A stretch of 35,913 nucleotides of DNA. Source: a virus (Duplodnaviria > Caudoviricetes). The stretch covers positions 1 to 35,913 of the IMG/VR virus record IMGVR_UViG_3300025687_000146, one strand, 5' to 3'. Positions within the stretch are counted from its first letter, which is position 1. Every line of letters begins with the position of its first letter. Shown here piece by piece: positions 25,048-33,982 of this stretch. Both the position numbers and the translations under genes were made by a program. The notes under the pieces are model-generated. The model worked only from the letters and a program-made list of their open reading frames with translations. It was not told the origin of the DNA and ran no database searches.

Positions 25048-25448
25048 CAATAAAACAATTATTTGAACAATGTAATGATATAGCACAAAATAGTGATTGC
25101 AAACGCGGTAAAGTAGGCGCTATACTCATACGAAAAAACAATAGTATTATAGGAACAGGCTATAATACTATTCCAAATAAAACACCTTGTACTAATACTA
25201 ATTGTGATATGAGTAAACGTTGTAAACAAACCGTTCATGCTGAAATCGCTGCTTTATTAAATATTAATTCGCGCAAAGACTTATACGCAATAATATTATC
25301 ATTATCACCGTGTTTAACATGCGCTAAAATAATAGTATACGCTGGAATACAAAAAGTTTATTATGACAAAAAATATTCAAATCCGGATGGAATAAATTAT
25401 TTAAAAAATAACGGAATAAAAATAATACAAAAGGAGGAATTAAAATGA
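25044..25448 (+). CDS. dCMP deaminase
   Basis: C.RGKVGA, TGYN, VHAE and SPCLTCAK zinc-deaminase motifs. Confidence 0.9.
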   Translation: MTIKQLFEQCNDIAQNSDCKRGKVGAILIRKNNSIIGTGYNTIPNKTPCTNTNCDMSKRCKQTVHAEIAALLNINSRKDLYAIILSLSPCLTCAKIIVYAGIQKVYYDKKYSNPDGINYLKNNGIKIIQKEELK

Positions 25449-25747
25449 AAAGAAAAACAATACTATACGCAATAACATTATTACTTTTTATAATATTTGC
25501 GGTGATAGTAATGGCAGCACCAAAAGTAGTACCAACAGATAAAGGATGGAGTTTTCCAAGTAGTCAAACATGTGTTAATCAAGAACCAATAAAACACTTA
25601 AGGTGTGATTTTGATGTTTGTTATAGTAAAGAAAGAATAATATATTACGCTTTATGGGATGAAGTAGTAATAACTACAAAGACAGAACAGTATCTTCTCA
25701 CTAACGAATTATTAAGTGATTGGATATGGAGGTATTATAATGAGTGA
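25445..25747 (+). CDS. Membrane-anchored or secreted hypothetical protein
   Basis: Basic N-terminus followed by a hydrophobic helix; AGGAGG SD. Confidence 0.65.
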   Translation: MKRKTILYAITLLLFIIFAVIVMAAPKVVPTDKGWSFPSSQTCVNQEPIKHLRCDFDVCYSKERIIYYALWDEVVITTKTEQYLLTNELLSDWIWRYYNE

Positions 25748-25982
25748 TAAAGAATTAACACTAGAAGACTTCTTAGCAAAATTACAACACAGAGCTGAAG
25801 CAGTTAATCTTCACGGGAAAATGTTGTATGGCGATGATGAAGCATATAAAGCAATGGAACAATTAAGAGCATTAGTAGATGACGGATTAAGATGGAGAGG
25901 AACAAGTATGAAACCAGTATTTTATGAAACAGAGAAAGGAAGACTGTACTGGACTTACAGGGTAGGAAGTGATGAAGAATGA
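25740..25982 (+). CDS. Hypothetical protein
   Basis: GGAGGT SD places the start at 25740 (MSDKEL...). Confidence 0.6.
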   Translation: MSDKELTLEDFLAKLQHRAEAVNLHGKMLYGDDEAYKAMEQLRALVDDGLRWRGTSMKPVFYETEKGRLYWTYRVGSDEE

Positions 25983-26338
25983 ATTTTTGCAAAGAATGCC
26001 ACGAAACCCCTTGTATGTGCGGTGAAGAAATACCAAGAATGACTGCGGGATGCACAATGTGTGGGAATAGTTTTGAAGGAAACCCCTTTAAAGAAAATAT
26101 TTGTCCAAGATGTGTTCACGAAAAAGTATTAAAAATACCTTATCCCGTTAATAAAGACGACCCTATAAGATGGGACTTCAGCCAAAAAGAAATAGAAAGG
26201 ATGATGTATTTATTGGAAGCGATAGATAATTATTTGTATAGATATCATGAAGACCAATTAGTAGGGTTTGTAAGACAACTAAAGGATGATTGGCAAAGAA
26301 AAATAGACTGGAACATAGAACGAGGAAACTGGAAATGA
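25979..26338 (+). CDS. Cys-rich (zinc-binding) hypothetical protein
   Basis: CKEC...CMC and CTMC...CPRC. Confidence 0.65.
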   Translation: MNFCKECHETPCMCGEEIPRMTAGCTMCGNSFEGNPFKENICPRCVHEKVLKIPYPVNKDDPIRWDFSQKEIERMMYLLEAIDNYLYRYHEDQLVGFVRQLKDDWQRKIDWNIERGNWK

Positions 26339-26748
26339 CCAGTGACGGGCACTTCAGAAACATAAAAGGATACTATCATTGCGAAACCTGTGATATGGAC
26401 ATAAAATGTTGGAGAACACACAAAAAAAGTAAAAGACACCAAAATAATGGAATAGAACAAAGAGGAGGATGGCACATGAACACAAAAAAACCAGTAAGGT
26501 ATTATAACAAAACAAAACTAGTATGCTTAAGTAACAAAGTAGTAATAGTTAATAACGATAATTTACAAACGTTTAAAGGATTCATGACTGCGGAATGGGA
26601 TAAAGGAGAAACAATATTATTAAGTACAGGGAATAAAGCAGTAATGATGTATTTGAATGAAGAAAGAACTATTAAAAAGCATGAAACTATGGGTTTGGTT
26701 GATACTTTGTTATTGTATCGTAATAGGAAAACTTTATATAATAGTTAA
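26335..26748 (+). CDS. C2H2 (matrin/U1-like) zinc-finger protein, with a possible internal start at 26476
   Basis: CETCD...HKKSKRH; strong internal SD GAGGAGG before the in-frame ATG 26476. Confidence 0.55.
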   Translation: MTSDGHFRNIKGYYHCETCDMDIKCWRTHKKSKRHQNNGIEQRGGWHMNTKKPVRYYNKTKLVCLSNKVVIVNNDNLQTFKGFMTAEWDKGETILLSTGNKAVMMYLNEERTIKKHETMGLVDTLLLYRNRKTLYNS

Positions 26749-26760
26749 TATGCATAATAT

Positions 26761-26788
26761 AATATATATATTGTAATATATATATTGT
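26761..26788. repeat. Tandem 14-bp repeat AATATATATATTGT x2 upstream of terS
   Basis: Each unit contains the palindrome AATATATATATT, which also occurs at 15900-15911. Confidence 0.7.
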
Positions 26789-26848
26789 ATATTAATAATA
26801 TTTAAAAACACATAATACAAAATATATAATAGAAAATATACATTCAAG

Positions 26849-27310
26849 ATGACAAACAAAAACACTAACAAAAAAGGAAAAGAACCATACCCAGGAGCAA
26901 CAAAAAACTTAATACCAATAAAAAAAGGACAAACAGACATACCAAGAAAAGGAGGACAAAGCAAAAGTCCAGCAAAACAATTAGCCTCCAGAATAAACGG
27001 AATACTAGGAAACAAAAAACTAGACCCGACACAAACTTACATATTACAATTAATGAAAGATAAGAACTATTTAGCATTAGCTAACGAGTTCATAACACTA
27101 AACAGCACAGAAGGCTACAAAGACCCGGAAAGAAGAGACAAAGTAATAGCACAATTACAAGCATACATGCCAAAAACCAATCTTAATTATAACGTAAACG
27201 ATAACCAAGGAGCAATAGACATAATATTCAATATACTAAATAATAACCCAAAATGGAAAGATAGCATACCAGTAATAAGTGAAGCACTAAAAGAGAGGAC
27301 AAAACAATAA
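26849..27310 (+). CDS. Putative terminase small subunit
   Basis: 'KNLIPIKKGQ...RKGGQS' N-terminal motif; first gene of the packaging operon, upstream of TerL. Confidence 0.6.
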   Translation: MTNKNTNKKGKEPYPGATKNLIPIKKGQTDIPRKGGQSKSPAKQLASRINGILGNKKLDPTQTYILQLMKDKNYLALANEFITLNSTEGYKDPERRDKVIAQLQAYMPKTNLNYNVNDNQGAIDIIFNILNNNPKWKDSIPVISEALKERTKQ

Positions 27311-27513
27311 TGAATCCATTCACGCACAAAATAATGTGTAAGTGTGACGAACAAAAAGGAATACACAGTAATACAAGAGGCGTATACCGAGCGTACATGT
27401 GCAAGAGCAAAATAATACTCAAATGTAAGACCTGCAACAAAAAACAAGAATACAGTATCGGAGGCGTAATAATACATGAAAACAAACCTAGAAACTATGA
27501 TGAGGGAGAGTGA
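27310..27513 (+). CDS. Small zinc-ribbon protein
   Basis: CKC...CKTC; TAATG coupling. Confidence 0.55.
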   Translation: MNPFTHKIMCKCDEQKGIHSNTRGVYRAYMCKSKIILKCKTCNKKQEYSIGGVIIHENKPRNYDEGE

Positions 27514-27730
27514 TGACGTAATGGGAAAACTAAAAGATGACATTATAGAAGAATGGCGAGTAGCCGAAGAAATAAAAGAAGCAGGAGTAAGCAGGGAAGT
27601 ATTCATTAAAGCAATGAAACAAGAAATACCAAGGTTAAGACAACCAGACCTTATAGTCAATGAAGAAACATTCTTAAGAGTGTATTATGACAAAACACCT
27701 TTTTGGTGTAGAGGAGGACAACAAAAATGA
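27476..27730 (+). CDS. Hypothetical protein
   Basis: GGAGG SD and operon tiling. Confidence 0.55.
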   Translation: MKTNLETMMRESDDVMGKLKDDIIEEWRVAEEIKEAGVSREVFIKAMKQEIPRLRQPDLIVNEETFLRVYYDKTPFWCRGGQQK

Positions 27731-28143
27731 CAGAAGAAATAAAACCAATAAGGAAAATAACGTTTGATGAAAGAAGAAAAGAATTAATAACAACAGTAAC
27801 AATAGATAGTATGAAAGCACCAAACGGAGAAAGCAGTCCAGACTTCGGAAGTAATAAGAACGTGCAAGTACTAAAAGAAAAAGGTATTAAAGTATTATAT
27901 AAGGACTTGAACGAACAAAAAAATAATTTTCAAAGACAACATAAACAAATAGAACAACAATTGTCACAATTAGGAGAAGTAGAAGTTGATGAAGAGTTCT
28001 TGGCAAAAATGCGTGCTGCTAAAGAAATGGACCAGAAACAACAATTAGAAGACGCAAAAAAGAATGCTGAACAAATGATAGAAGACATTAATAAACAATT
28101 AAGAGAAGTTAAAGAAGCAGTGAAGGAACATATTAAGTTATGA
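27727..28143 (+). CDS. Coiled-coil hypothetical protein
   Basis: GGAGG SD; Q/E/K-rich heptads. Confidence 0.7.
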   Translation: MTEEIKPIRKITFDERRKELITTVTIDSMKAPNGESSPDFGSNKNVQVLKEKGIKVLYKDLNEQKNNFQRQHKQIEQQLSQLGEVEVDEEFLAKMRAAKEMDQKQQLEDAKKNAEQMIEDINKQLREVKEAVKEHIKL

Positions 28144-29633
28144 ACGAAGAACAGTTTAAGCAATGGCGCTTGAACGAATTAACTGCCGAGTGCACTTACG
28201 ATAATTATTTAGCGTTTCGGCAGGAGTTCATAGCTCCTCACATGAATCTTCCTTTTGTTGAAGAAGATTATAATAGGGAGATGTGGGATGAGTACTGGAC
28301 GCATGGTGAGTGCGTTCAAGAAATTAGTAGAGGACATGGTAAGACTGAAGACGGAATACACATGAGAATGTATCTTGGTCTTTGCCAACCTTTTAATCCT
28401 CGTTATGAAGAAGCACTTGGTAAACCACACCGAATGAATGAGTTCTTATTAATGAGTAGTGACAGTACTGCAGTTAGTGAAGTAAGAGATAGATTAGTAA
28501 GTTATTTCTTAGCTGATGATACACTAGCAAAATTATTACCTGGAGGAACAAGTAAGAAAGATTCTAATAGCAGATTTAATACAAGCAAGATTAATTTAAA
28601 TAATGGAACAATATATCATTTCAGGCCATTAAAGACTAAGAGGGGATTGCACGTTGATGATATATGGTTGGACGACCCTACAACAGAATCTTCAACACTT
28701 ACTGATAAACAAACAATAGACTTTCTTTATGGTGCGATTATGCCAATGGGAACGGCGAAACAAGCATACTTAACAGTTACGGGAACACCAATAAGAATGA
28801 CCGACGTATTAAACGTTATGGCTAAGAGTGGAGCATATTTTCATAGGAAAAGACCAGCTTATAATGATGAAGGAAAAATATTAAGTAAAAGATTCACTAA
28901 AGAAATGCTTAGTAAGATTAAACAAAAAATTGGTAGTATGAAGTTTTCTGCTGAGTACTTACTTAATCCTATTGATGACGGTATAAGTCTTATTAAGAAG
29001 ACATGGATTGATTCTTGTAAACGTGATAGTATTGGTTTTCAGAAACATCGTGGAGGATTCGATACTGTAGTGGTAGGTGTAGATTTTAGTTTTGGTGATA
29101 CTGAATACTCACGTGGTGGAGGAGATTATTTTGTTGCAGTGGTTATTGGTCTTAATGGTGATAAGAAACAAGTACTGAATATTTATCGACGTAAAGACTT
29201 ATCTACTGTTGAACAATTAGCTTATATTAAAGAATTACACGCGGTTTATAAATTTGATAAGATAGCACTAGAGTTTAATAGTATAAGAGCACTCGCTGGT
29301 AGTTTAAGGGATTTGAATCTTCCACTAAAACTTTATAATACAGGTAATGTTGACGAAAAGGATAAAAAGAATCCTGACTTCAGTCGTGTTATTAGTGTTA
29401 GTAAGAGGAACTTAATTATTCGTCAAGGAACTCATTTAGAGAATGAAATGGTATTATTACCTTATAGGGATGAAGCAACGAAAGAAATGATAGACTTGTA
29501 TAGTGAGGAAGCAACGTCTTGGGCTTTGGAAGAAGATAAAGTTATAGAATTAGGTAGACATCCTGACATTCCTATCGCTTTAGGTTATGCTTTGGAATGT
29601 GTTGATGAGTCAATGTTCATAATACAATGGTGA
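28140..29633 (+). CDS. terL: Terminase large subunit
   Basis: Walker A SRGHGKT, RGLH, Walker B IWLDD, TGTP, FSAEYL; RNase H-like VGVDFS, GDY and HPD. Confidence 0.92.
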   Translation: MNEEQFKQWRLNELTAECTYDNYLAFRQEFIAPHMNLPFVEEDYNREMWDEYWTHGECVQEISRGHGKTEDGIHMRMYLGLCQPFNPRYEEALGKPHRMNEFLLMSSDSTAVSEVRDRLVSYFLADDTLAKLLPGGTSKKDSNSRFNTSKINLNNGTIYHFRPLKTKRGLHVDDIWLDDPTTESSTLTDKQTIDFLYGAIMPMGTAKQAYLTVTGTPIRMTDVLNVMAKSGAYFHRKRPAYNDEGKILSKRFTKEMLSKIKQKIGSMKFSAEYLLNPIDDGISLIKKTWIDSCKRDSIGFQKHRGGFDTVVVGVDFSFGDTEYSRGGGDYFVAVVIGLNGDKKQVLNIYRRKDLSTVEQLAYIKELHAVYKFDKIALEFNSIRALAGSLRDLNLPLKLYNTGNVDEKDKKNPDFSRVISVSKRNLIIRQGTHLENEMVLLPYRDEATKEMIDLYSEEATSWALEEDKVIELGRHPDIPIALGYALECVDESMFIIQW

Positions 29634-29711
29634 AATAATAATGTGCGAAAAACATAATGTACCAAGAAGTGATTGTTTAGATTGCTTAAACGAATGCTAC
29701 GAGGACGAAGA

Positions 29712-30077
29712 ATGAAAACTTGTCAAGACTATCATCACAAATGTAATGCTGATTGTTGCAGACTATTCGTATTAGACGATGTAAACAAAAGTGTTTATAA
29801 GTTTAAAACAAATAATAAAGACATACAAAAATATTATCGTTTAAGAGGAGCAAGAATTGTTCGTGACACAATAATCATTAATATTAAGGATTACAGGATA
29901 GTTAAAGAAAATAATAAGTTATTAATGTATAGGGATTGTGATTGGTTAGATAATGATACATTATTATGTAAGCATCACGATATTAAACCATTGATTTGTC
30001 GAGAGCTTAATTGGGATACTAAGGACTTAAAGAAGTTTTATTTAACTCCTAATTGTATGTTTAATGAAAAAAAATAA
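29712..30077 (+). CDS. YkgJ-like CxxCxxCC cysteine-cluster protein
   Basis: C.....KCNADCC...CDWL...LCKHHDIKPLICR; GAGG SD before ATG 29712. Confidence 0.75.
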   Translation: MKTCQDYHHKCNADCCRLFVLDDVNKSVYKFKTNNKDIQKYYRLRGARIVRDTIIINIKDYRIVKENNKLLMYRDCDWLDNDTLLCKHHDIKPLICRELNWDTKDLKKFYLTPNCMFNEKK

Positions 30078-30097
30078 TTACATTTATAAAGATATAA
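30073..30097 (+). promoter_or_regulatory. Late-promoter-like motif (copy 2, identical to 2789-2813)
   Basis: Exact 25-bp match; precedes the portal operon. Confidence 0.6.
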
Positions 30098-30132
30098 GAC
30101 AAATATACTTTGTTATCACCCACATCACTCTC

Positions 30133-30318
30133 ATGCAATTAAAGAAATACCTACCAAAAAAGGTTACTGTAATAGAAGTACCTATAAACGAACACGCAGA
30201 TAATGCTAAAGCAGTAACAGACCTTATTAAGAGACTAGAATTGGGTGAGCACAAAGACTTTTTAGTATTAAGCAATGATAAAATAAAAACAATGAGAGTA
30301 AGAACAAAATGGTTTTAG
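30133..30318 (+). CDS. Small hypothetical protein
   Basis: Start placed at ATG 30133 because the upstream part of the ORF overlaps the promoter motif. Confidence 0.5.
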   Translation: MQLKKYLPKKVTVIEVPINEHADNAKAVTDLIKRLELGEHKDFLVLSNDKIKTMRVRTKWF

Positions 30319-30557
30319 GAACAAATGATGAAATAGCATTAAGAGTATCCCTTAAAGGAGGGCCAGGAAGTGGGCCAAAAAAAGGACAACGTAAGAAACC
30401 AAAATATGGCCCAGACCATAGATATTACGCACCTCCGGGTAAAGTTAGTTTTGATTTAGTTAATGATATGCTAAGTTCAGGAAAATTATCAAAACAACAA
30501 GCTCAGCAATTATTATCTGGCGGAAACGTATACCATAAACCGAAGGCAAAGAAATAA
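30309..30557 (+). CDS. Small basic protein with a KGGPGSG motif (possible internal head protein)
   Basis: LKGGPGSGPKKG; lies immediately before the portal. Confidence 0.55.
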   Translation: MVLGTNDEIALRVSLKGGPGSGPKKGQRKKPKYGPDHRYYAPPGKVSFDLVNDMLSSGKLSKQQAQQLLSGGNVYHKPKAKK

Positions 30558-30558
30558 A

Positions 30559-33441
30559 ATGGTTCTAATAAGTACAACAGACTACGAAATACCGACAGAC
30601 GGACAATTAATTATTGACAGAAAGAAAGACCCAGGACAACCAAAAGCGTACATTCCAGAATATCTTTACAAACCACCTTATGGATTCCCAAGAAAGAGTG
30701 ACTTAAGAACAATAAGGAAACTAGCCGCAACACCGTACGTTCACTTAATAGTAAGAACACTAGCACAACAAGTAGGAACGACCAAATGGGAAATAAGAGT
30801 AAAAGAAGAATTTCAAGAAGACGGAACAGACTATAGTCAAGACATTAACGAAATAACGAAATTCTTCAAGAACCCAAACGATAACGATGATAGTTGGGAA
30901 GACTTATTAGTAGGATGGGCAACAGACATATTAGAATTAGATAGTGGAGTAGGAGTAAAAGTCTTTAATAAAATGGGAGACATGGTACAAGTAGTAGCAA
31001 GGGATGGAGCAACATTCCTAAAAAATCCAAGCGTTTACGGAATGATGAGTGACCGAGCAGATATTATACCACCACTAGGATTCGATACAGAATACGCAAA
31101 ACCAAGCGTTACAAACCCATTCGTAGCAGGAGAAGAAATAAACGTAGAAAGAGAAAAATTTTTACGAGGATTCTATGACGCAAACCTAAAACAAAAAGCT
31201 GCATACTTCCAATACGGATGGACAGCAGGAAGAATGCCAATACCCTTCGGAAGAAGAGAAATAGTATGGTTCAGTAGTAATAAAAGAACAGACACAATAT
31301 ACGGACGCTCACCAGTAGAAGTCCTCGGAGATACACTGTTCACGTTGTTATACGGCAACAGTTTCTCCTTGGACATGTTCATTAATAATAATATACCAGC
31401 AGGAATAGTGCAAATAATTGGAGCTAACAATCAAGACATAGAAGCTTTTAAACACAGGTTCGAAGATAAGTTTATTCAAAAGGACGTTTTTAGTAATAAG
31501 AAGAAACAATGGTGGAATGCTCCAACGGTTAATCAAGAAGTTAAATGGACACCTTTTAATTTATCAAGTAATGAAATGCAAGTATTAGAGAGTCAACAAT
31601 GGTACCTGAAAATAGCAGCTTCTTGCTTTGGTCTTACACCTAGTGAATTAGGATTTACTGAAGACTCTAATAAAGCAGTGGATATTAATCAAGGAACAGT
31701 ATTTAAAAGAAAAGCTTTACAACCTTTACTTCGTTTAATAGAACAAAGAATTAATACGCAAATAATGCCAGAGTTCAGGGTTGAAGCTTTAGAGTTCAAG
31801 TTTGATGATTACGACCATGACGAAGACAAGAAAAAACACGATATACTAGACCAAGAAATCCGTATGGGTGTTAAAACTCCTGAAATGGTTGCTCAAGAAT
31901 TAGGTATTAATGTTGAAGAATTAAAGGCGGGAAAAGAGGAAGAGCGAGCTCAAAGAATGGAAGAACAGGGTGTGTTTAGTGACTTCGGGGGTGATGCCGA
32001 GGGTAACCAACCCAATGGGCAAAAATCTCTACAAGGACCTTTATTAAAGTGGAAGTATATTAGAAGGACTGGTGGTCCTGGTAATTACACTTATTGGTAT
32101 AGAAATCCTAAAACAGGTAAGTTAGTTGCAGGAGACAAACCAAAAGAAGAATCTAACAGTACAGATTTAGAAAAACTAAATTCTATAGAACAAGACTTAA
32201 AGAATGACGATAAAGAAATTAACAAAATATGGGAAAGAGTAGAAAAAAAAGAAATAACACAAGACGAAGCGATTAAGTTATTAAAACCTTACAGGGACGC
32301 TCACGCAGGAAGAGTAAAACAAATAATTAATATGAGTATACCAGTAAAAAATGTTAAGTTCGGTAATGGAGATACAGGAGTAGTTAGGGAAGCACAAAAA
32401 GGTAATGGTGGACATATTGAAATGATGAGTCCAGACGATTTCTTAAAATTAACTAATGTTAAAGATGATGACGATGCGGCAGTGTTTGGTAATGAAAGAA
32501 GTTTAATAAAAATAATTAAAGGAGTTAGTTCTGGTAATGAGTTCCAACCAGGATTTTTAGATTATTCAAAAGGTAAAATAACAGACCATGAAGGAAGACA
32601 TAGGGCGTTAGCAGCTAAAGTTATGGGTATTAAAAAAATTCCTGTTGGTATAATAGGTATTGACCACGGAAGTTTTGACGTAAACAAAACTAAACACCAA
32701 GATATTAATTATAAAAACACTAATAATCCTTTGTTTAACAAAGAAGAAGAACTAAGCAAAGCAGTAAACAATTTCTTGGAAGAACAATACAAAGAACTAG
32801 AATCACTAATTAAACAATTGCCTAAAGACCAATTAAGTAATTTAAACAAGAAGTCATTAATTACAGAAATAATTGATAAAGCAATGAAACTATTTAATCC
32901 AAAAGGATTAGTATTAAGTATTAGTAAAGTAATTAAAGAATCTTATATTGAAGGTAATGACGTTATAGAAAAACAATTCGATAGGAACGTACTACCTAAT
33001 AATGAAATACTGTTAGCGCTAGAAAAAATGACTTTTGATAATATTCAAGGAGCAACTGATGATTTCAAGAATAAACTCAGGGGCATACTACAGCGTGGAG
33101 TATTAAATGATAGAGGTGTTAAAGAAATCAGTGCCGAACTTCGTGAACAATTAGACTTAACAAGGAATAGAGCAGACGTTATTGCTCGTACTGAAGTTAA
33201 TGCAGCATTTAATGAAGGTAGTTTGCAAGGAGCTAAAAGTATTGGTTTACCCTTAGATAAGATTTGGGATAGTCAATTAGACGCTCGTACAAGCCCAGTA
33301 TGCAATAGTTTAGACGGGACTAGGGTTAGTATAGATAAACCGTTTAAGTACAAAGGAGACAGCTTTATGAGGCCTCCAGCGCATCCTAATTGCAGGAGTA
33401 GAATAAGATATATATTAAAGAACGAGGAGGATAAACAATGA
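30559..33441 (+). CDS. Portal protein fused to a ParB/Srx-like domain and a MuF (SPP1 gp7-like) domain
   Basis: Portal motifs YGRSPVE, PAGIV, FGLTPSELG and LQPLLRLIE; EGRHRALAAKVMGIKKIPV; MuF motifs IARTEV, DARTSPVC and PPAHPNCRS. Confidence 0.88.
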   Translation: MVLISTTDYEIPTDGQLIIDRKKDPGQPKAYIPEYLYKPPYGFPRKSDLRTIRKLAATPYVHLIVRTLAQQVGTTKWEIRVKEEFQEDGTDYSQDINEITKFFKNPNDNDDSWEDLLVGWATDILELDSGVGVKVFNKMGDMVQVVARDGATFLKNPSVYGMMSDRADIIPPLGFDTEYAKPSVTNPFVAGEEINVEREKFLRGFYDANLKQKAAYFQYGWTAGRMPIPFGRREIVWFSSNKRTDTIYGRSPVEVLGDTLFTLLYGNSFSLDMFINNNIPAGIVQIIGANNQDIEAFKHRFEDKFIQKDVFSNKKKQWWNAPTVNQEVKWTPFNLSSNEMQVLESQQWYLKIAASCFGLTPSELGFTEDSNKAVDINQGTVFKRKALQPLLRLIEQRINTQIMPEFRVEALEFKFDDYDHDEDKKKHDILDQEIRMGVKTPEMVAQELGINVEELKAGKEEERAQRMEEQGVFSDFGGDAEGNQPNGQKSLQGPLLKWKYIRRTGGPGNYTYWYRNPKTGKLVAGDKPKEESNSTDLEKLNSIEQDLKNDDKEINKIWERVEKKEITQDEAIKLLKPYRDAHAGRVKQIINMSIPVKNVKFGNGDTGVVREAQKGNGGHIEMMSPDDFLKLTNVKDDDDAAVFGNERSLIKIIKGVSSGNEFQPGFLDYSKGKITDHEGRHRALAAKVMGIKKIPVGIIGIDHGSFDVNKTKHQDINYKNTNNPLFNKEEELSKAVNNFLEEQYKELESLIKQLPKDQLSNLNKKSLITEIIDKAMKLFNPKGLVLSISKVIKESYIEGNDVIEKQFDRNVLPNNEILLALEKMTFDNIQGATDDFKNKLRGILQRGVLNDRGVKEISAELREQLDLTRNRADVIARTEVNAAFNEGSLQGAKSIGLPLDKIWDSQLDARTSPVCNSLDGTRVSIDKPFKYKGDSFMRPPAHPNCRSRIRYILKNEEDKQ

Positions 33442-33713
33442 TATTAGAAGTAGAAATGGACGTATTCAAACTATTAACAGCAGGAGGAACAAGCCCAGTA
33501 TACATGCTAGACGGATACGAAAAAATAACAGTATACACAGCAAAACCACCAATGATAATAAAAAGCACGTACGTAGTGCCAATTGATGAAGAAACAGGAG
33601 TTCCAGGAACAGAAGACTTACAAATGTGGAAGACAGACTTCTTCACAGACGCAATACCAATACTTAGTGCTAAAGAAGAACACAGTGTTAAAATGAAGAT
33701 TACGAGTGAATAA
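33438..33713 (+). CDS. Hypothetical protein
   Basis: GGAGG SD and ATGA overlap. Confidence 0.65.
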   Translation: MILEVEMDVFKLLTAGGTSPVYMLDGYEKITVYTAKPPMIIKSTYVVPIDEETGVPGTEDLQMWKTDFFTDAIPILSAKEEHSVKMKITSE

Positions 33714-33982
33714 TGGCGTTACCAAAGAGTAGAGAGGATAGAGAACAAAGAAAGTTCGTAGAGAACACTGACGGTGACGTTGCTGTAAGAGTGCTTAATT
33801 TTGGTGACTTAATACCTGACAGTTATGATTATATAGCATTAACTTATGTTGCTGCAGGTAATGGTGCTGGACAAATAGAAACAGTAACTTATAAGACAGG
33901 AGGGGCTAGTGGAACGACTATTGCCGTACTTACGTTAGCGTATAACGGCGATAATAATTTGTCCTCAGTTACTAAAGCATAA
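33713..33982 (+). CDS. Hypothetical virion protein
   Basis: YDYIALTY...TVTYKTGGASGT...LTLAY pattern; coupled to the fibre gene. Confidence 0.6.
   Translation: MALPKSREDREQRKFVENTDGDVAVRVLNFGDLIPDSYDYIALTYVAAGNGAGQIETVTYKTGGASGTTIAVLTLAYNGDNNLSSVTKA

Noticed and set aside
19430-25448. 7-deazaguanine modification or glycosylated-base hypermodification
   Set aside because: No FolE, QueC/D/E, DpdA or glycosyltransferase motifs were recognised.
31950-32740. Intein or homing endonuclease in the portal gene
   Set aside because: No Cys/Ser start with His-Asn end and no LAGLIDADG or HNH motifs; the insert looks like a ParB-type cargo domain.
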